This document shows positions 44,993 to 54,118 of a stretch of 64,000 nt of DNA, in pieces (the first letter of the stretch is position 1; each line of letters begins with the position of its first letter). The translations under genes and the position numbers were made by a program. The notes beneath the pieces were generated by a model that was given only the letters and a program-made list of their open reading frames with translations, was not told the origin of the DNA and searched no databases. The stretch spans positions 24,992 through 88,991 of the forward strand of contig JAPPEU010000033.1 of assembly GCA_028875245.1 (NCBI GenBank). The letters are read 5' to 3'. This stretch comes from Chloroflexota bacterium (GTDB lineage Bacteria; Chloroflexota; Anaerolineae; Aggregatilineales; Phototrophicaceae).

Positions 44993-46530
44993 GCGTATTG
45001 CTCCATTTCATCCGCCGGTTGACGTTCGGCGCCCAGCATGTAGTAGCCGATGCGCTCTTCGGTCAGGCTTTCGTCATTGGGGAAGATGCCGACGATTTCG
45101 CCTTCGTACATGACCATGATGCGGTCGGAGAGCTTCATGACTTCTTGCAGGTCGGCCGAGATCAGCAAGATGGCCAGGCCGTTGGTGCGCTGGTCGACGA
45201 GCTCCTGGTGGATGAACTCGATCGCGCCGATATCGACTCCCCGGGTTGGCTGGGCGGCGATCAGCAGCTTGGGCGAAGACGAGAGCTCGCGCGCCACGAC
45301 CACTTTCTGCATATTGCCGCCGGAGAGCGCGTTGACCGGTATCGTCCCGTCCGGCGCGATGATATTGAATTCGCGGATCAGATTCTCCCCGTTGGCGACG
45401 ATGGAGTCGATGTTGAGCAGGCCGCGGCGGGTGAAGGGTTCGCGATAATAGCGATCGATGATGAGATTGTCGTCGATGGTAGACGTCAGGGCGACGCCGT
45501 TGGTCAGGCGGTCTTCCGGGATATGCGCCACCTGATGCTCGCGCACGGAGCGGGGCCCACGCCCGAGAATCTGCTCTTCGCTGATGAAGGCTTCGCCCGT
45601 CGTCGGCGGCCGCAAGCCAGTCAGCACTTCGGCCAGCTCCGTCTGTCCATTGCCCTCGACGCCGGCGATGCCGAGGATTTCATTCTCATAGACGCTGAAG
45701 CTGACGCGCTTGAGCAGCTGGTGGCCGCTGTCATCGGCGTAGGTCAGGTCGTCGACTTGCAAAACCGACGCGCCGCGCCGCACCGCGGGCCGGTCAACCT
45801 GCATGAAGACCTCGCGCCCGACCATCATGCGGGCCAGCTCGCGCTCGCTGGTCTTCGCCGTTTCGACCATGCCGATCTTGCGGGCGTCGCGCATGACGGT
45901 GACGCGATCGGAGATTTCGATGACTTCCTTCAGTTTGTGCGTGATGAAGATGACGGTCTTGCCGCCTTCGACCAGATTGCGGATGGCGGCGAAGAGGTCC
46001 TGCGTTTCGCTCGGTGTCAAGACGGCGGTCGGCTCGTCGAGGATGAGAATCTCCGCGCCGCGATAGAGGGCTTTCAAAATCTCGACCCGCTGGCGCATGC
46101 CCACCGGGATGTCTCCAATTTTGGCGTTGGGATTGACAGCCAGGCCATATTCTTGCGAGAGCGATTCCGTATCGGCGACTGCCTGTTGAAAATCAATCTG
46201 GAAGCCCTGTTTGGTCTCGCGGTTGAGGATGATGTTCTGCGCGACGGTGAAGGAATCCACCAGCATGAAATTCTGATGCACCATGCCGATGCCGCGTTCG
46301 ATGGCGTCTTGCGGATTGCCGATTTCAACTTCCTCGTCGCGGATGAAGACCTGCCCCGATGTTGCGTGCTCCAGGCCGTAGAGGATTTTCATCAAAGTGG
46401 ATTTGCCGGCGCCGTTCTCCCCGACGAGGGCGTGGATCTCGCCCTGTTCGACGGCGAAGTCGATATCGTCGTTGGCGTGCACGCCGTTGGGATAGATTTT
46501 GTGGATGCTGCGCGTTTCGATTATGGGCAT
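44989..46530 (-). CDS. ABC transporter ATP-binding protein, duplicated ATPase (ribose/nucleoside type)
   Basis: Walker A 'GENGAGKST', signature '[13 protein letters not shown]', a second half with '[15 protein letters not shown]'. Probable start MPIIETRS at 46530. Confidence 0.9.
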   Translation of the reverse strand: MPIIETRSIHKIYPNGVHANDDIDFAVEQGEIHALVGENGAGKSTLMKILYGLEHATSGQVFIRDEEVEIGNPQDAIERGIGMVHQNFMLVDSFTVAQNIILNRETKQGFQIDFQQAVADTESLSQEYGLAVNPNAKIGDIPVGMRQRVEILKALYRGAEILILDEPTAVLTPSETQDLFAAIRNLVEGGKTVIFITHKLKEVIEISDRVTVMRDARKIGMVETAKTSERELARMMVGREVFMQVDRPAVRRGASVLQVDDLTYADDSGHQLLKRVSFSVYENEILGIAGVEGNGQTELAEVLTGLRPPTTGEAFISEEQILGRGPRSVREHQVAHIPEDRLTNGVALTSTIDDNLIIDRYYREPFTRRGLLNIDSIVANGENLIREFNIIAPDGTIPVNALSGGNMQKVVVARELSSSPKLLIAAQPTRGVDIGAIEFIHQELVDQRTNGLAILLISADLQEVMKLSDRIMVMYEGEIVGIFPNDESLTEERIGYYMLGAERQPADEMEQYA

Positions 46531-46543
46531 GACTTGGTTCCGT

Positions 46544-47650
46544 TTATTTTCCTGCCGCAATTTGATTCCAGGATTCTTTCAACTCGAATGTTATCGCTGG
46601 ATCATTCTCCAGATGCGATACATATGCGTCAACAAAGGAACGAGTCTCACCGATTAACCGCAAATAGTAAAGTAGGGTGCGGTCAACACCATTCACAATT
46701 AGTTGACAACCGTGAGTACGGGCAACATGATTTATGTCAGGTCTGAATTCGTCGTAGCTCGTATGCGAAAACGTAGTAAGTATGTAGAATACTTTGACGG
46801 GCGTAGTCCGTAATTTTTCGAAGGAGGTTTGAATCAATTCCGAAGTTATCGGTACATTATGTTTTAGTTCGTATCCCTCAAATAATGCGCCATTGCTATC
46901 GACAATATTTATGTCGCCGATGAGTTGCGAGCGTGAGTCCGCAGTCGTATGAGCCTCAAGTGGTAACAATTGGCAGTTTCGGTATCGGTCGGTTTCTCTA
47001 GCAAGGACAGTCAAAATAGCGTGAATGGCTAGCACTGGCAACCTAGCCGCACCCGGTCTCTTCACATCATGATGATGTTGCAGTCTATTTACGAGCTCGG
47101 CAATAGAAAGATTCACCGGGCGCGCAAGGTTTAGACTTGTGTTCTTGTCTCTCGCCTCTATCAAACCTGTGAACAACCTGAGCATTAAGAATTTCGCTTT
47201 ATCCGCGCCGTTTTTCTGTGCGGCATCAACCAAATGCAGAAATGACCTTTTCAACGCTTTCGGTGTAATGTTGCCAGGATAATTGAAGTCAAACGGATGC
47301 GACTGCTCAAAAGACCTGGTCAACCAACCTGACTCACTCATACTTGGGAACTGCTTGGATCGCAGGAAAGGTGTAACAATTTGCGTATCAAGCCTTCTAC
47401 CACTGAAACCACCGTCAAATTCTGTCCGGTGAAATCGTATATCCTGCGCGGGACTTGAGATTTTCTTTAGAAGCAATGTAACGAGTACCGCAACAGCCGC
47501 TTTTCTGTTCTCTTGATTTTTTATGACGGTCGAAAGTTGGCTCTCTTCTTCTTCGGAAATCTCAGATATGGACTCATCATTATTGTATCGATACATAGCC
47601 TCGCGATAAATGTCTTCCAATGCCTCGGCTCGCCAGTCCGGTTCTGTCAC
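46544..47650 (-). CDS. putative type II restriction endonuclease (PD-(D/E)xK-like)
   Basis: 4-nt overlap with the methyltransferase stop. Candidate catalytic 'IGDINIVD...FEGYELKH' (D...ExK). Low GC. No family recognised. Confidence 0.5.
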   Translation of the reverse strand: MTEPDWRAEALEDIYREAMYRYNNDESISEISEEEESQLSTVIKNQENRKAAVAVLVTLLLKKISSPAQDIRFHRTEFDGGFSGRRLDTQIVTPFLRSKQFPSMSESGWLTRSFEQSHPFDFNYPGNITPKALKRSFLHLVDAAQKNGADKAKFLMLRLFTGLIEARDKNTSLNLARPVNLSIAELVNRLQHHHDVKRPGAARLPVLAIHAILTVLARETDRYRNCQLLPLEAHTTADSRSQLIGDINIVDSNGALFEGYELKHNVPITSELIQTSFEKLRTTPVKVFYILTTFSHTSYDEFRPDINHVARTHGCQLIVNGVDRTLLYYLRLIGETRSFVDAYVSHLENDPAITFELKESWNQIAAGK

Positions 47651-48720
47651 AAGAGTCTCTCCATTACAGGCACTGCCGATTCTCCCAAGGCATTCCGCAT
47701 ACGCTCTTGAGCGTCAATACAGTATTCGCGGCTGATGTCAATTCCGATACAGCTTCGGCCTTCTTGCAGAGCCGCCACCATCGTCGAGCCACTGCCAAGA
47801 TATGGGTCCAGCACCAACCCGCCTTCAGGGCAAAGCAGCTGTATCAACTCCCTAACAACTTTCACCGGGAAGATCGCGGGATGGCCGTTTCCAGGCAAAC
47901 TCTCAACAGGATTCTCTATGACATCTCTTTTCAACGGCTCGCCTGAGATGCGAATTATGGTAAAGCCGTATCGCTCAATTCGCATCTTCCGGCCGCCTTC
48001 TTGCCCGCCATAAGCAGGAGCGTGGATGCCACGGATCTTCATCCTGAAACTATGAATCTTACCCTTACGAACATCGTCAATTACTTCGTCTAAAGCCTGA
48101 TGCGCCCCACCCTTCTCACACTGGCTCAAGGTTGAAGATTCTATTAGTTCCCGATACTTAGCGCCGAGTTTTTTTGTTGGCTTTGAACGCGGTCTACGAC
48201 CGGCCCGTTGAAACGCCTTCCGGTCGTAGTAGTAGTTACTACCGAGCGCAAAATGAAAAAACGGTTCGGTACTGGCAATTAGCCGGCGAGAAAACTGATG
48301 TGGCGTCGGATTGGATTTGATCCATGTAATGTCATTAACCAGTCGCAAATTGAAGTCGGACAGCACCTTAAGAGCAAACTGATAGGGTACGAGCATCATG
48401 CTCCCGTCAATGATCTTGTCACCCATATTGTAGACGATGTTTCCCGTCGGCTTCATGACACGCACGACTTTCGCGAAAGTAGTCATAATGCTTTCGAGAT
48501 ACTGTTCGATCGTTTCCTCGTTTCCAAGACCCTCTTCGCCATATTCTCGTTGCTGAAAATAAGGGGGAGAAGTAACCACCAGATCAACCGAGCGCGGCAC
48601 CACCTTTGAAAGTTCCGTATCGCTGTTTCCACAGATGACCTGGTATTCCAAGTCTCTCACTCGGTGGGAGTAGATTACGCCATTATTCATACGAAATACT
48701 TCTCGCCTGCTGACCAACAT
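47647..48720 (-). CDS. beta-class DNA methyltransferase, probably N4-cytosine (TSPPY)
   Basis: 'DLVVTSPPYF' (motif IV) precedes 'VLDPYLGSGSTMVAA' (motif I). The start may be 48690. Confidence 0.85.
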   Translation of the reverse strand: MLVSRREVFRMNNGVIYSHRVRDLEYQVICGNSDTELSKVVPRSVDLVVTSPPYFQQREYGEEGLGNEETIEQYLESIMTTFAKVVRVMKPTGNIVYNMGDKIIDGSMMLVPYQFALKVLSDFNLRLVNDITWIKSNPTPHQFSRRLIASTEPFFHFALGSNYYYDRKAFQRAGRRPRSKPTKKLGAKYRELIESSTLSQCEKGGAHQALDEVIDDVRKGKIHSFRMKIRGIHAPAYGGQEGGRKMRIERYGFTIIRISGEPLKRDVIENPVESLPGNGHPAIFPVKVVRELIQLLCPEGGLVLDPYLGSGSTMVAALQEGRSCIGIDISREYCIDAQERMRNALGESAVPVMERLL

Positions 48721-48794
48721 GAGGGCAGATCATCTCGACACTACTCTGTTGTGAACTGCATTAGCCTTTATCGTGAAGCTGTGCCGTCCAGGAC

Positions 48795-49046
48795 TCACTC
48801 AACCGATACCACATGTGGCGTGTACACGACAATGGTATCGGCATCCGGGTCTTTGCTTATCGGCTGCATTAGCACCGTGCCGTATTCGTGTTCAACATAA
48901 ACTGCGTCAGCCGCATGCCGGTAATCGTCGAAGATTCCGAGGACATTCTTTCCCTTGATCGCCACGAATTTACCGTCATGTTCCCGCGCCAACACCTCCC
49001 GAATCGAGAGGTAGAATTCATATTCTTTCTCCAACGGTTTCGGCAT
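48795..49046 (-). CDS. small protein, DUF5678-like ('GKFVAIKGKNVLG')
   Basis: 83-aa ORF heading the low-GC R-M cassette. The motif pattern resembles DUF5678 proteins. Not an HTH controller. Confidence 0.45.
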   Translation of the reverse strand: MPKPLEKEYEFYLSIREVLAREHDGKFVAIKGKNVLGIFDDYRHAADAVYVEHEYGTVLMQPISKDPDADTIVVYTPHVVSVE

Positions 49047-49094
49047 CAGAGCGCCCCTGCCCTACTCGTTCACCTTGCATTGTAGCATAACGTA

Positions 49095-49207
49095 GCGCGC
49101 CTTTATGAGCGCGCGCAAATCTGGCGTTGCGTGTACGGGCGAGCCGGCGGCCCGCCCGCAAGGTCTGGCGTTTGGCAATTAGGGCGGCACGATGGCTCGT
49201 CCCTACA
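49095..49207. repeat. degenerate REP-like hairpin cluster
   Basis: GGGCGAGCCGGCGGCCCGCCC ... GGGCGGCACGATGGCTCGTCCCTAC. Confidence 0.6.
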
Positions 49208-49230
49208 AACTGACCGAGTGAAGAGATGGC

Positions 49231-50379
49231 CTACATATCGTCCATCATCAGGTCGTCGATGGTCATGCCGGCGGTGGGCATATCGGCGCAAGCGGCGCCG
49301 ACCGAAGCCATCATGTCCTCGCTGGTGAAGACGGTCTGAACTTCGATATCGCCGGCGACCACTGCCTCCTCAGCCGCTTCCACCATGGCCTTGATGTCAT
49401 CGGAGGTGGCCATGTCATAGAACTCGTTCTTGGCCAGGCCGACGCCGCCCTCGGGGATGCCCAGGCTCTCGGCGGAGCCGTAAGGCAGCATGCCCTCGAG
49501 GTGCAGGGTGATGGCGCGGAAGATCGAGTTATCGACATTCTTCAGCATGGATGTCAAGATGCGCTCGGCTTGATCGGGGTCGGTCTCGGCGACGATGATC
49601 GCCTGATCCGAATCGACGCCGATGGCATAGCGCCCCTGTTCCTGCGCCGCTTCAAAGACGCCAACGCCGGTGCCGCCGGCGACCTGGAAAACGATATCGG
49701 CGCCTTGTTCGTACATCGCCAATGTGATCTCCTTGCCGCGCGCCGGGTCATTCCAGCTGCCCGCGTATTGGACGATGCTCTGCGACTCCGGATTGACCAG
49801 GCAAGCGCCTTGCTCGTAGCCGACGATGAAGTCGTCGATGACCGGAATCTGCTGCCCGCCAACTGCGCCGATGATGGGCGCGTCGTTGGTGCCTTCAAGC
49901 ATGCTGGTGGTGATGGCGGCGGCATAAACGCCGGCCAGGAAGGAGCCCTGATTCTGCGCATAGGTCATCGAATAGACATTGGCGCAGGCGTCGACGCAGA
50001 CATCGGCATTGTCATAGGGCATCGGCGCGTCGTAGAACATGAAGTACTTGTCGGGATAGTTGTGCGCGTTGGCCGCCATGAAATCGATCATCTGGAAGGT
50101 GCCGGCAAGCAGGATGTCGTAAGAATCCGTATCCGCCATCACATCCAGCAAGCCCGACTCCCAATTGGCCGGGTCGATGCCCAGCTCGACTGTATCGATC
50201 TCGATGTCGTATTCATCGGCGATGGCGTCCATGCCGCGCTGGGCGCTATCGAAGAAGGATTTGTCGCCCAAGGTGCCGTTGATGACCGATACGACCCTGA
50301 GCGGCTCATCCTGGGCGACGGCTGTGAAAGCCATCAAGAACACAAGCATCAGCGCTAGCGCAATCCGTAGCTTATACAT
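49231..50379 (-). CDS. BMP-family (PnrA/Med-like) ABC substrate-binding lipoprotein, nucleoside type
   Basis: GGAGGAAACTA RBS before the ATG at 50379. Signal peptide MYKLRIALALMLVFLMAFTAVAQ. 'GGTGVGVFEAAQEQGRYAIGVDSDQ'. Confidence 0.85.
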   Translation of the reverse strand: MYKLRIALALMLVFLMAFTAVAQDEPLRVVSVINGTLGDKSFFDSAQRGMDAIADEYDIEIDTVELGIDPANWESGLLDVMADTDSYDILLAGTFQMIDFMAANAHNYPDKYFMFYDAPMPYDNADVCVDACANVYSMTYAQNQGSFLAGVYAAAITTSMLEGTNDAPIIGAVGGQQIPVIDDFIVGYEQGACLVNPESQSIVQYAGSWNDPARGKEITLAMYEQGADIVFQVAGGTGVGVFEAAQEQGRYAIGVDSDQAIIVAETDPDQAERILTSMLKNVDNSIFRAITLHLEGMLPYGSAESLGIPEGGVGLAKNEFYDMATSDDIKAMVEAAEEAVVAGDIEVQTVFTSEDMMASVGAACADMPTAGMTIDDLMMDDM

Positions 50380-50383
50380 TAGT

Positions 50384-50461
50384 TTCCTCCGTTTTATGAT
50401 TGTCGAATCAGATGGAATTCTGATGGCGCTATTATAACCGCGTTTGGCGCGATTCGGCAAA
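50384..50461 (-). promoter_or_regulatory. promoter + 5'UTR module, copy A (TTGCCG-18-TATAAT, dyad ATCAGA-N6-TCTGAT, GGAGG)
   Basis: On the minus strand: -35 at 50455..50460, -10 at 50431..50436, dyad at 50407..50424, RBS at ~50386. 78 nt identical to 51367..51444. Confidence 0.55.
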
Positions 50462-50566
50462 GGGCGCTACGCTGCAAACGCTTGTCGGATGGCAACGCCA
50501 CAAAGACAACAGTGGCCAGACGCTGCGGTACATGCATTATGTTGAGGATTAGACTCGATATTGGCG

Positions 50567-50773
50567 TTAGACCGGTATCTTCTTTCGCCGTGAGCGATAA
50601 TAGACGAACATCGAGAGCGCTCCCAAATAGGGTATTAGCAGCGCGATAACACCCCAGAACATTAGGTCTCTCGCCGGCTTCCTATTAACGTAGAGGTAAA
50701 TCCATGCGAAAAGTAGCAGAATTGGATGCAAAAGCAGAAACACAATGAACAAGGGTTCAGTGTCGTAAAACAT
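50567..50773 (-). CDS. PLD-nuclease-N-terminal-domain-like small membrane protein
   Basis: Two hydrophobic helices and 'FWGVIALLIPYLGALSMFVYYRSRRK', typical of the PLDc_N family. Confidence 0.6.
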   Translation of the reverse strand: MFYDTEPLFIVFLLLHPILLLFAWIYLYVNRKPARDLMFWGVIALLIPYLGALSMFVYYRSRRKKIPV

Positions 50774-50784
50774 GAGGCCTCTCC

Positions 50785-51361
50785 CTAAACCTGGTGATGG
50801 CAGACATGCTGAATAGGCCTGACGTAAACGATCGGCTGCACCTGAACCACGAGATTGAAATTTAACTGCATCCGAAGCGTCTTGCCAGAATTCTGAAAAG
50901 CATTGTTTAACTGTATGTCACGCACATCGTGACCGTAAGGCGCCCCGATAAGTTCGTACCATTGCGCTATGAAACGGTCGAACGTGAACGAGCCGCCTGA
51001 CACGATTATCTCTACGCGCGCCTTTGAAGTAACGGTGGTAAGCGCGCCCCACTTCTGGCACTCGTAAGTCGAAATGACTTTCGAGCCGCTTGCCAACCAA
51101 CCGTAGTCGGAGTCACGTTGAAACACGAAATCCGCCGCCATCGCGTCGCCAGACAATCTCGCCACAACAGCTTGCGCCTCCTCAAGGTTTTCAATGCTGA
51201 AGACATCACCTGATTTCAACAGCGAGCCAGTGGGTACAAAACCATTGCCGCGCAAATATGCGTCTATTTCGGCAAAGTCCTTAGGTTGCCTCTTGCGCCG
51301 CAACGGTGAAAGCCAGCAAGAACGCAAGCATTGCCGCAAGCAACATTCGTAGCTTTTTCAT
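50785..51361 (-). pseudogene. secreted/lipoprotein-like gene of unknown function with a frameshift after the signal peptide
   Basis: ATG at 51361 gives MKKLRMLLAAMLAFLLAFTVAAQEAT, then TAA. The long ORF (50785..51339) continues in another frame from '...KDFAEIDAYLRG'. Confidence 0.45.
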
Positions 51362-51366
51362 TTGCG

Positions 51367-51444
51367 TTCCTCCGTTTTATGATTGTCGAATCAGATGGAA
51401 TTCTGATGGCGCTATTATAACCGCGTTTGGCGCGATTCGGCAAA
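51367..51444 (-). promoter_or_regulatory. promoter + 5'UTR module, copy B
   Basis: 78 nt identical to 50384..50461. Confidence 0.5.
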
Positions 51445-51459
51445 AGAATCGAAAGCCAG

Positions 51460-51626
51460 GTAGGGGCGACATACCATGTCGCCCGCCAAATCACAAACCC
51501 CAGGGCCAACCTGTCACGGCGTCCGAAACCGCATCCTATCGCAACGACGGGCGATTCACAGAAACGCCCCTACGGATTCCCATTTGGGTGCGCCGAGTTG
51601 TGGCTCGCGAGCTGCTGTGGTTACAA
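51460..51626. repeat. REP-like hairpins plus shortened composite module
   Basis: GTAGGGGCGACATACCATGTCGCCC ... GGGCGATTCACAGAAACGCCCCTACGGATTCCCATTTGGGTGCGCCGAGTTGTGGCTCGCGAGCTGCTGTGG. Confidence 0.7.
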
Positions 51627-51669
51627 TAGCCGAAACGCGAATCGCTTCAATATTCAAAGGGCCTCAACA

Positions 51670-52602
51670 ATGAAACTGATCATCGATACCGACGCCGGCG
51701 TCGACGACGCTCAGGCCATCATGCTCGCCCTGGCGCATCCGGGTGTGGAGACGCTGGCCATCACCACCTTGACCGGCAATGTGCATATTCGCCAGGTCAA
51801 CCCGAATGTGCTGACCATCCTCGAGATTATGGGGCGTGATGCGCCGGTTTACGCCGGCATTGACCGGCCCTTGATCTCGGAATGGGAGGACGCGGCCGAA
51901 TTTCACGGGGGCGATGGGCTGGGCAATTTGCGCGAGCGCCCGGCTTTGACGCGCCGCATCGAAGACGAGCATGCGGTTCTGGCGCTTTTGCGGCTGGCGC
52001 GCGAGCATGAGGGCGAGTTGACGCTGATCGCGCTGGGCCCACTGACGAATATCGCCGCCGCCGTGCGCATTGACCCGGCTTTCCCGGGGCGGATCAAGCA
52101 ATTTGTATTCATGGGCGGCACGATCGCGGCGCAGGGGAACACGCCCATCGTCAGCGCCGAATACAATATCTGGACCGACCCGGAAGCGGCCGCCATCACG
52201 CTGGCCGCCTTCGAAGAGGCGACCATGCTCAGCTGGGAGACGACGATGGCCCACGGTTTCCCGTGGGATCAATTCAACGCGCTTTGCGCCATTGATACGG
52301 CCAGGGGGCGCTTCTTCCGCGCGATTTCGCAAGAGACGGCCGAGCGGCTGCGCGGGGTTTATCGGCGGCCGGCCTATCTGCTGCCGGATCCGCTGGCGAT
52401 GGCGATTACGCTGCGGCCGCAGCTGATTCGTCAGAGCGGCAAGTTCTACACCACGGTCGAGCTTAATGGGCGGCATACGCGCGGGCAGACCGTCATCGAT
52501 TACACCGGCATCAGCGGCAATGCGCCCAATGTCAATGTGATTCAAGCACTGGATACCGATGGCGTTTATGAGCTATTCGTCAATGCGCTGTCGCAAGAAT
52601 GA
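51670..52602 (+). CDS. inosine/uridine-preferring nucleoside hydrolase family protein (second copy)
   Basis: 'LIIDTDAGVDDAQAI' DxDxxxDD signature. ATG at 51670. Confidence 0.85.
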   Translation: MKLIIDTDAGVDDAQAIMLALAHPGVETLAITTLTGNVHIRQVNPNVLTILEIMGRDAPVYAGIDRPLISEWEDAAEFHGGDGLGNLRERPALTRRIEDEHAVLALLRLAREHEGELTLIALGPLTNIAAAVRIDPAFPGRIKQFVFMGGTIAAQGNTPIVSAEYNIWTDPEAAAITLAAFEEATMLSWETTMAHGFPWDQFNALCAIDTARGRFFRAISQETAERLRGVYRRPAYLLPDPLAMAITLRPQLIRQSGKFYTTVELNGRHTRGQTVIDYTGISGNAPNVNVIQALDTDGVYELFVNALSQE

Positions 52603-52620
52603 GTAACCCCGCGGCCTGCC

Positions 52621-52694
52621 TTAGGGGCGACCTACCAGGTCGCCCGCTAGCCGGCGCGCGCATGGAAACGGGCGACATGATATGGCGCCCCTAC
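52621..52694. repeat. pair of REP-like hairpins
   Basis: TTAGGGGCGACCTACCAGGTCGCCC ... GGGCGACATGATATGGCGCCCCTAC. Confidence 0.7.
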
Positions 52695-52707
52695 AAGGCT
52701 TAGTACT

Positions 52708-53799
52708 GTGATGACTGCGCAAATCGTGAACTTGCTCAAGAGCATCAGCGCCGATCCAGCCACAACCGCTGACGCCATTTTCGCCATGTTGACGCGCTTG
52801 CTGGAGGCGCCGGCGCCGGCAAACAGCTGCACGCTGCCCGGCACGGTCGGCGAAGTGATTCAGCAGATGGCGGAGGAGCTCGGCTTGGATTGCGCGCCCG
52901 TCGCCGCGACGGGAAACCTGGGCATCGAAATCGGCGAGCCGGCCGCCCCGCTTGACCTGCTGATCAGCGCCCACATGGACCGCCCCTGCTTCCGCGTGCG
53001 GGATCTGGCGGCTGGGACCTTGTATCCGCTCTGCGCCATTCGCGTCCCGGGCGATGGCTATACCTGTGGCGCGATTGGGCTGCGTTATGTGGATGGCCGC
53101 GTGCGCGTCAGCTCGAGCGGCGACATGCGCTTTGAGAGCGCCGGCGGCGACACTCGCATTACTTATCAGCCGGCGGTTGGCGAGCTGGGCGCGGGCGATA
53201 CGCTGATGATGCGGGCGACGCCGCGGCTGCGCGAGGGGCGGATTGTGGGCACGGGGCTGGATAATGCAATCGGCGTGCTGCTGGCGCTGCTGGCGGCTTA
53301 TACGCTGGGCGAACATGCGCCTGATGCTATCGCCGGCCGCCGCGTCCTCTTCGCCTTCACCGACCAGGAAGAGGGCCCGCCCGTTGGCCTCTTCGGGCAA
53401 GGCGCGTCCCGCCTGGCGCAGAGCCTTGCGCCGCCGCGGCTCGGCTTCATCAATATCGATGGGCACAATGTGGATGAAGCGGCCGGGCATGTCCCCGGGG
53501 GCGGCGCGTCGCATGGCTTTGTCTCCGGCGACGGGCGCGGCTCGGTCGTGCCGCTGGATGCGCAAGCGCTGGCGGAGTCGCTGGCTGAACAGGTCAATCG
53601 GGCGCGGCCGGGCACGGTGCGGCTGAACCACAGTTATATCTCGCGCAGCGATGACATGCTGCTGAGCATGTGGGCGCGTCCGCTCGGTTTGAGCGGCGTC
53701 ATCGTGGCGAATGCGCATACGGTGGAGGAGACGGCGGCGCTGAGCGATGTGGTCTCGGCGGCGCATTGGGCGCCGGCTTTCATTAACCAACTTCTGTAG
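52708..53799 (+). CDS. M42-like (FrvX/CelM-type) metallopeptidase-fold protein
   Basis: 'LLISAHMDRPCF', 'GTGLDNAIG', 'FTDQEEGP' and 'ANAHT' follow the order of M42 metal ligands. Assignment by motif order only. Confidence 0.5.
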   Translation: MMTAQIVNLLKSISADPATTADAIFAMLTRLLEAPAPANSCTLPGTVGEVIQQMAEELGLDCAPVAATGNLGIEIGEPAAPLDLLISAHMDRPCFRVRDLAAGTLYPLCAIRVPGDGYTCGAIGLRYVDGRVRVSSSGDMRFESAGGDTRITYQPAVGELGAGDTLMMRATPRLREGRIVGTGLDNAIGVLLALLAAYTLGEHAPDAIAGRRVLFAFTDQEEGPPVGLFGQGASRLAQSLAPPRLGFINIDGHNVDEAAGHVPGGGASHGFVSGDGRGSVVPLDAQALAESLAEQVNRARPGTVRLNHSYISRSDDMLLSMWARPLGLSGVIVANAHTVEETAALSDVVSAAHWAPAFINQLL

Positions 53800-54066
53800 G
53801 GACGGCAGAGCCGCTGTGTCTACGCGCGGTAGCATGTCGCCCGACGCACATTTATGAATTCCGCAACGGCGACCCAATGGCTCGCCCCTACAGAGACTAT
53901 ACTGCGGGCAAACTGGCGTTTCAGCGCCGCGACCCCTGTCTCGCCCTAAACCTCGCGCTATTGCATGGACGGGCGTTTCAGCGAAACGCCCCTACAGATT
54001 CCTATTTTGCGGGTTCGTAATTTTGTGTGAGCCGAGTTGTCACTCGCGAGCGGCTGTGGTGAATCC
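53794..54066. repeat. large composite repeat block ending in the ~75-bp module (53991..54066)
   Basis: Contains several hairpins shared with 59648..59740 and 37244..37340, then CCTACAGATTCCTATTTTGCGGGTTCGTAATTTTGTGTGAGCCGAGTTGTCACTCGCGAGCGGCTGTGGTGAA. Confidence 0.75.
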
Positions 54067-54118
54067 CCTGCGGCAAATCGCACTGTACAGCCCCGCCGGC
54101 AGCGTTTACAGTCAGCGC

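Noticed and set aside
46544-49230. Flanking direct repeats or transposase for the R-M cassette
   Set aside because: I found no convincing repeat at the two borders and no mobility gene. The insertion is inferred only from the GC drop and operon interruption.
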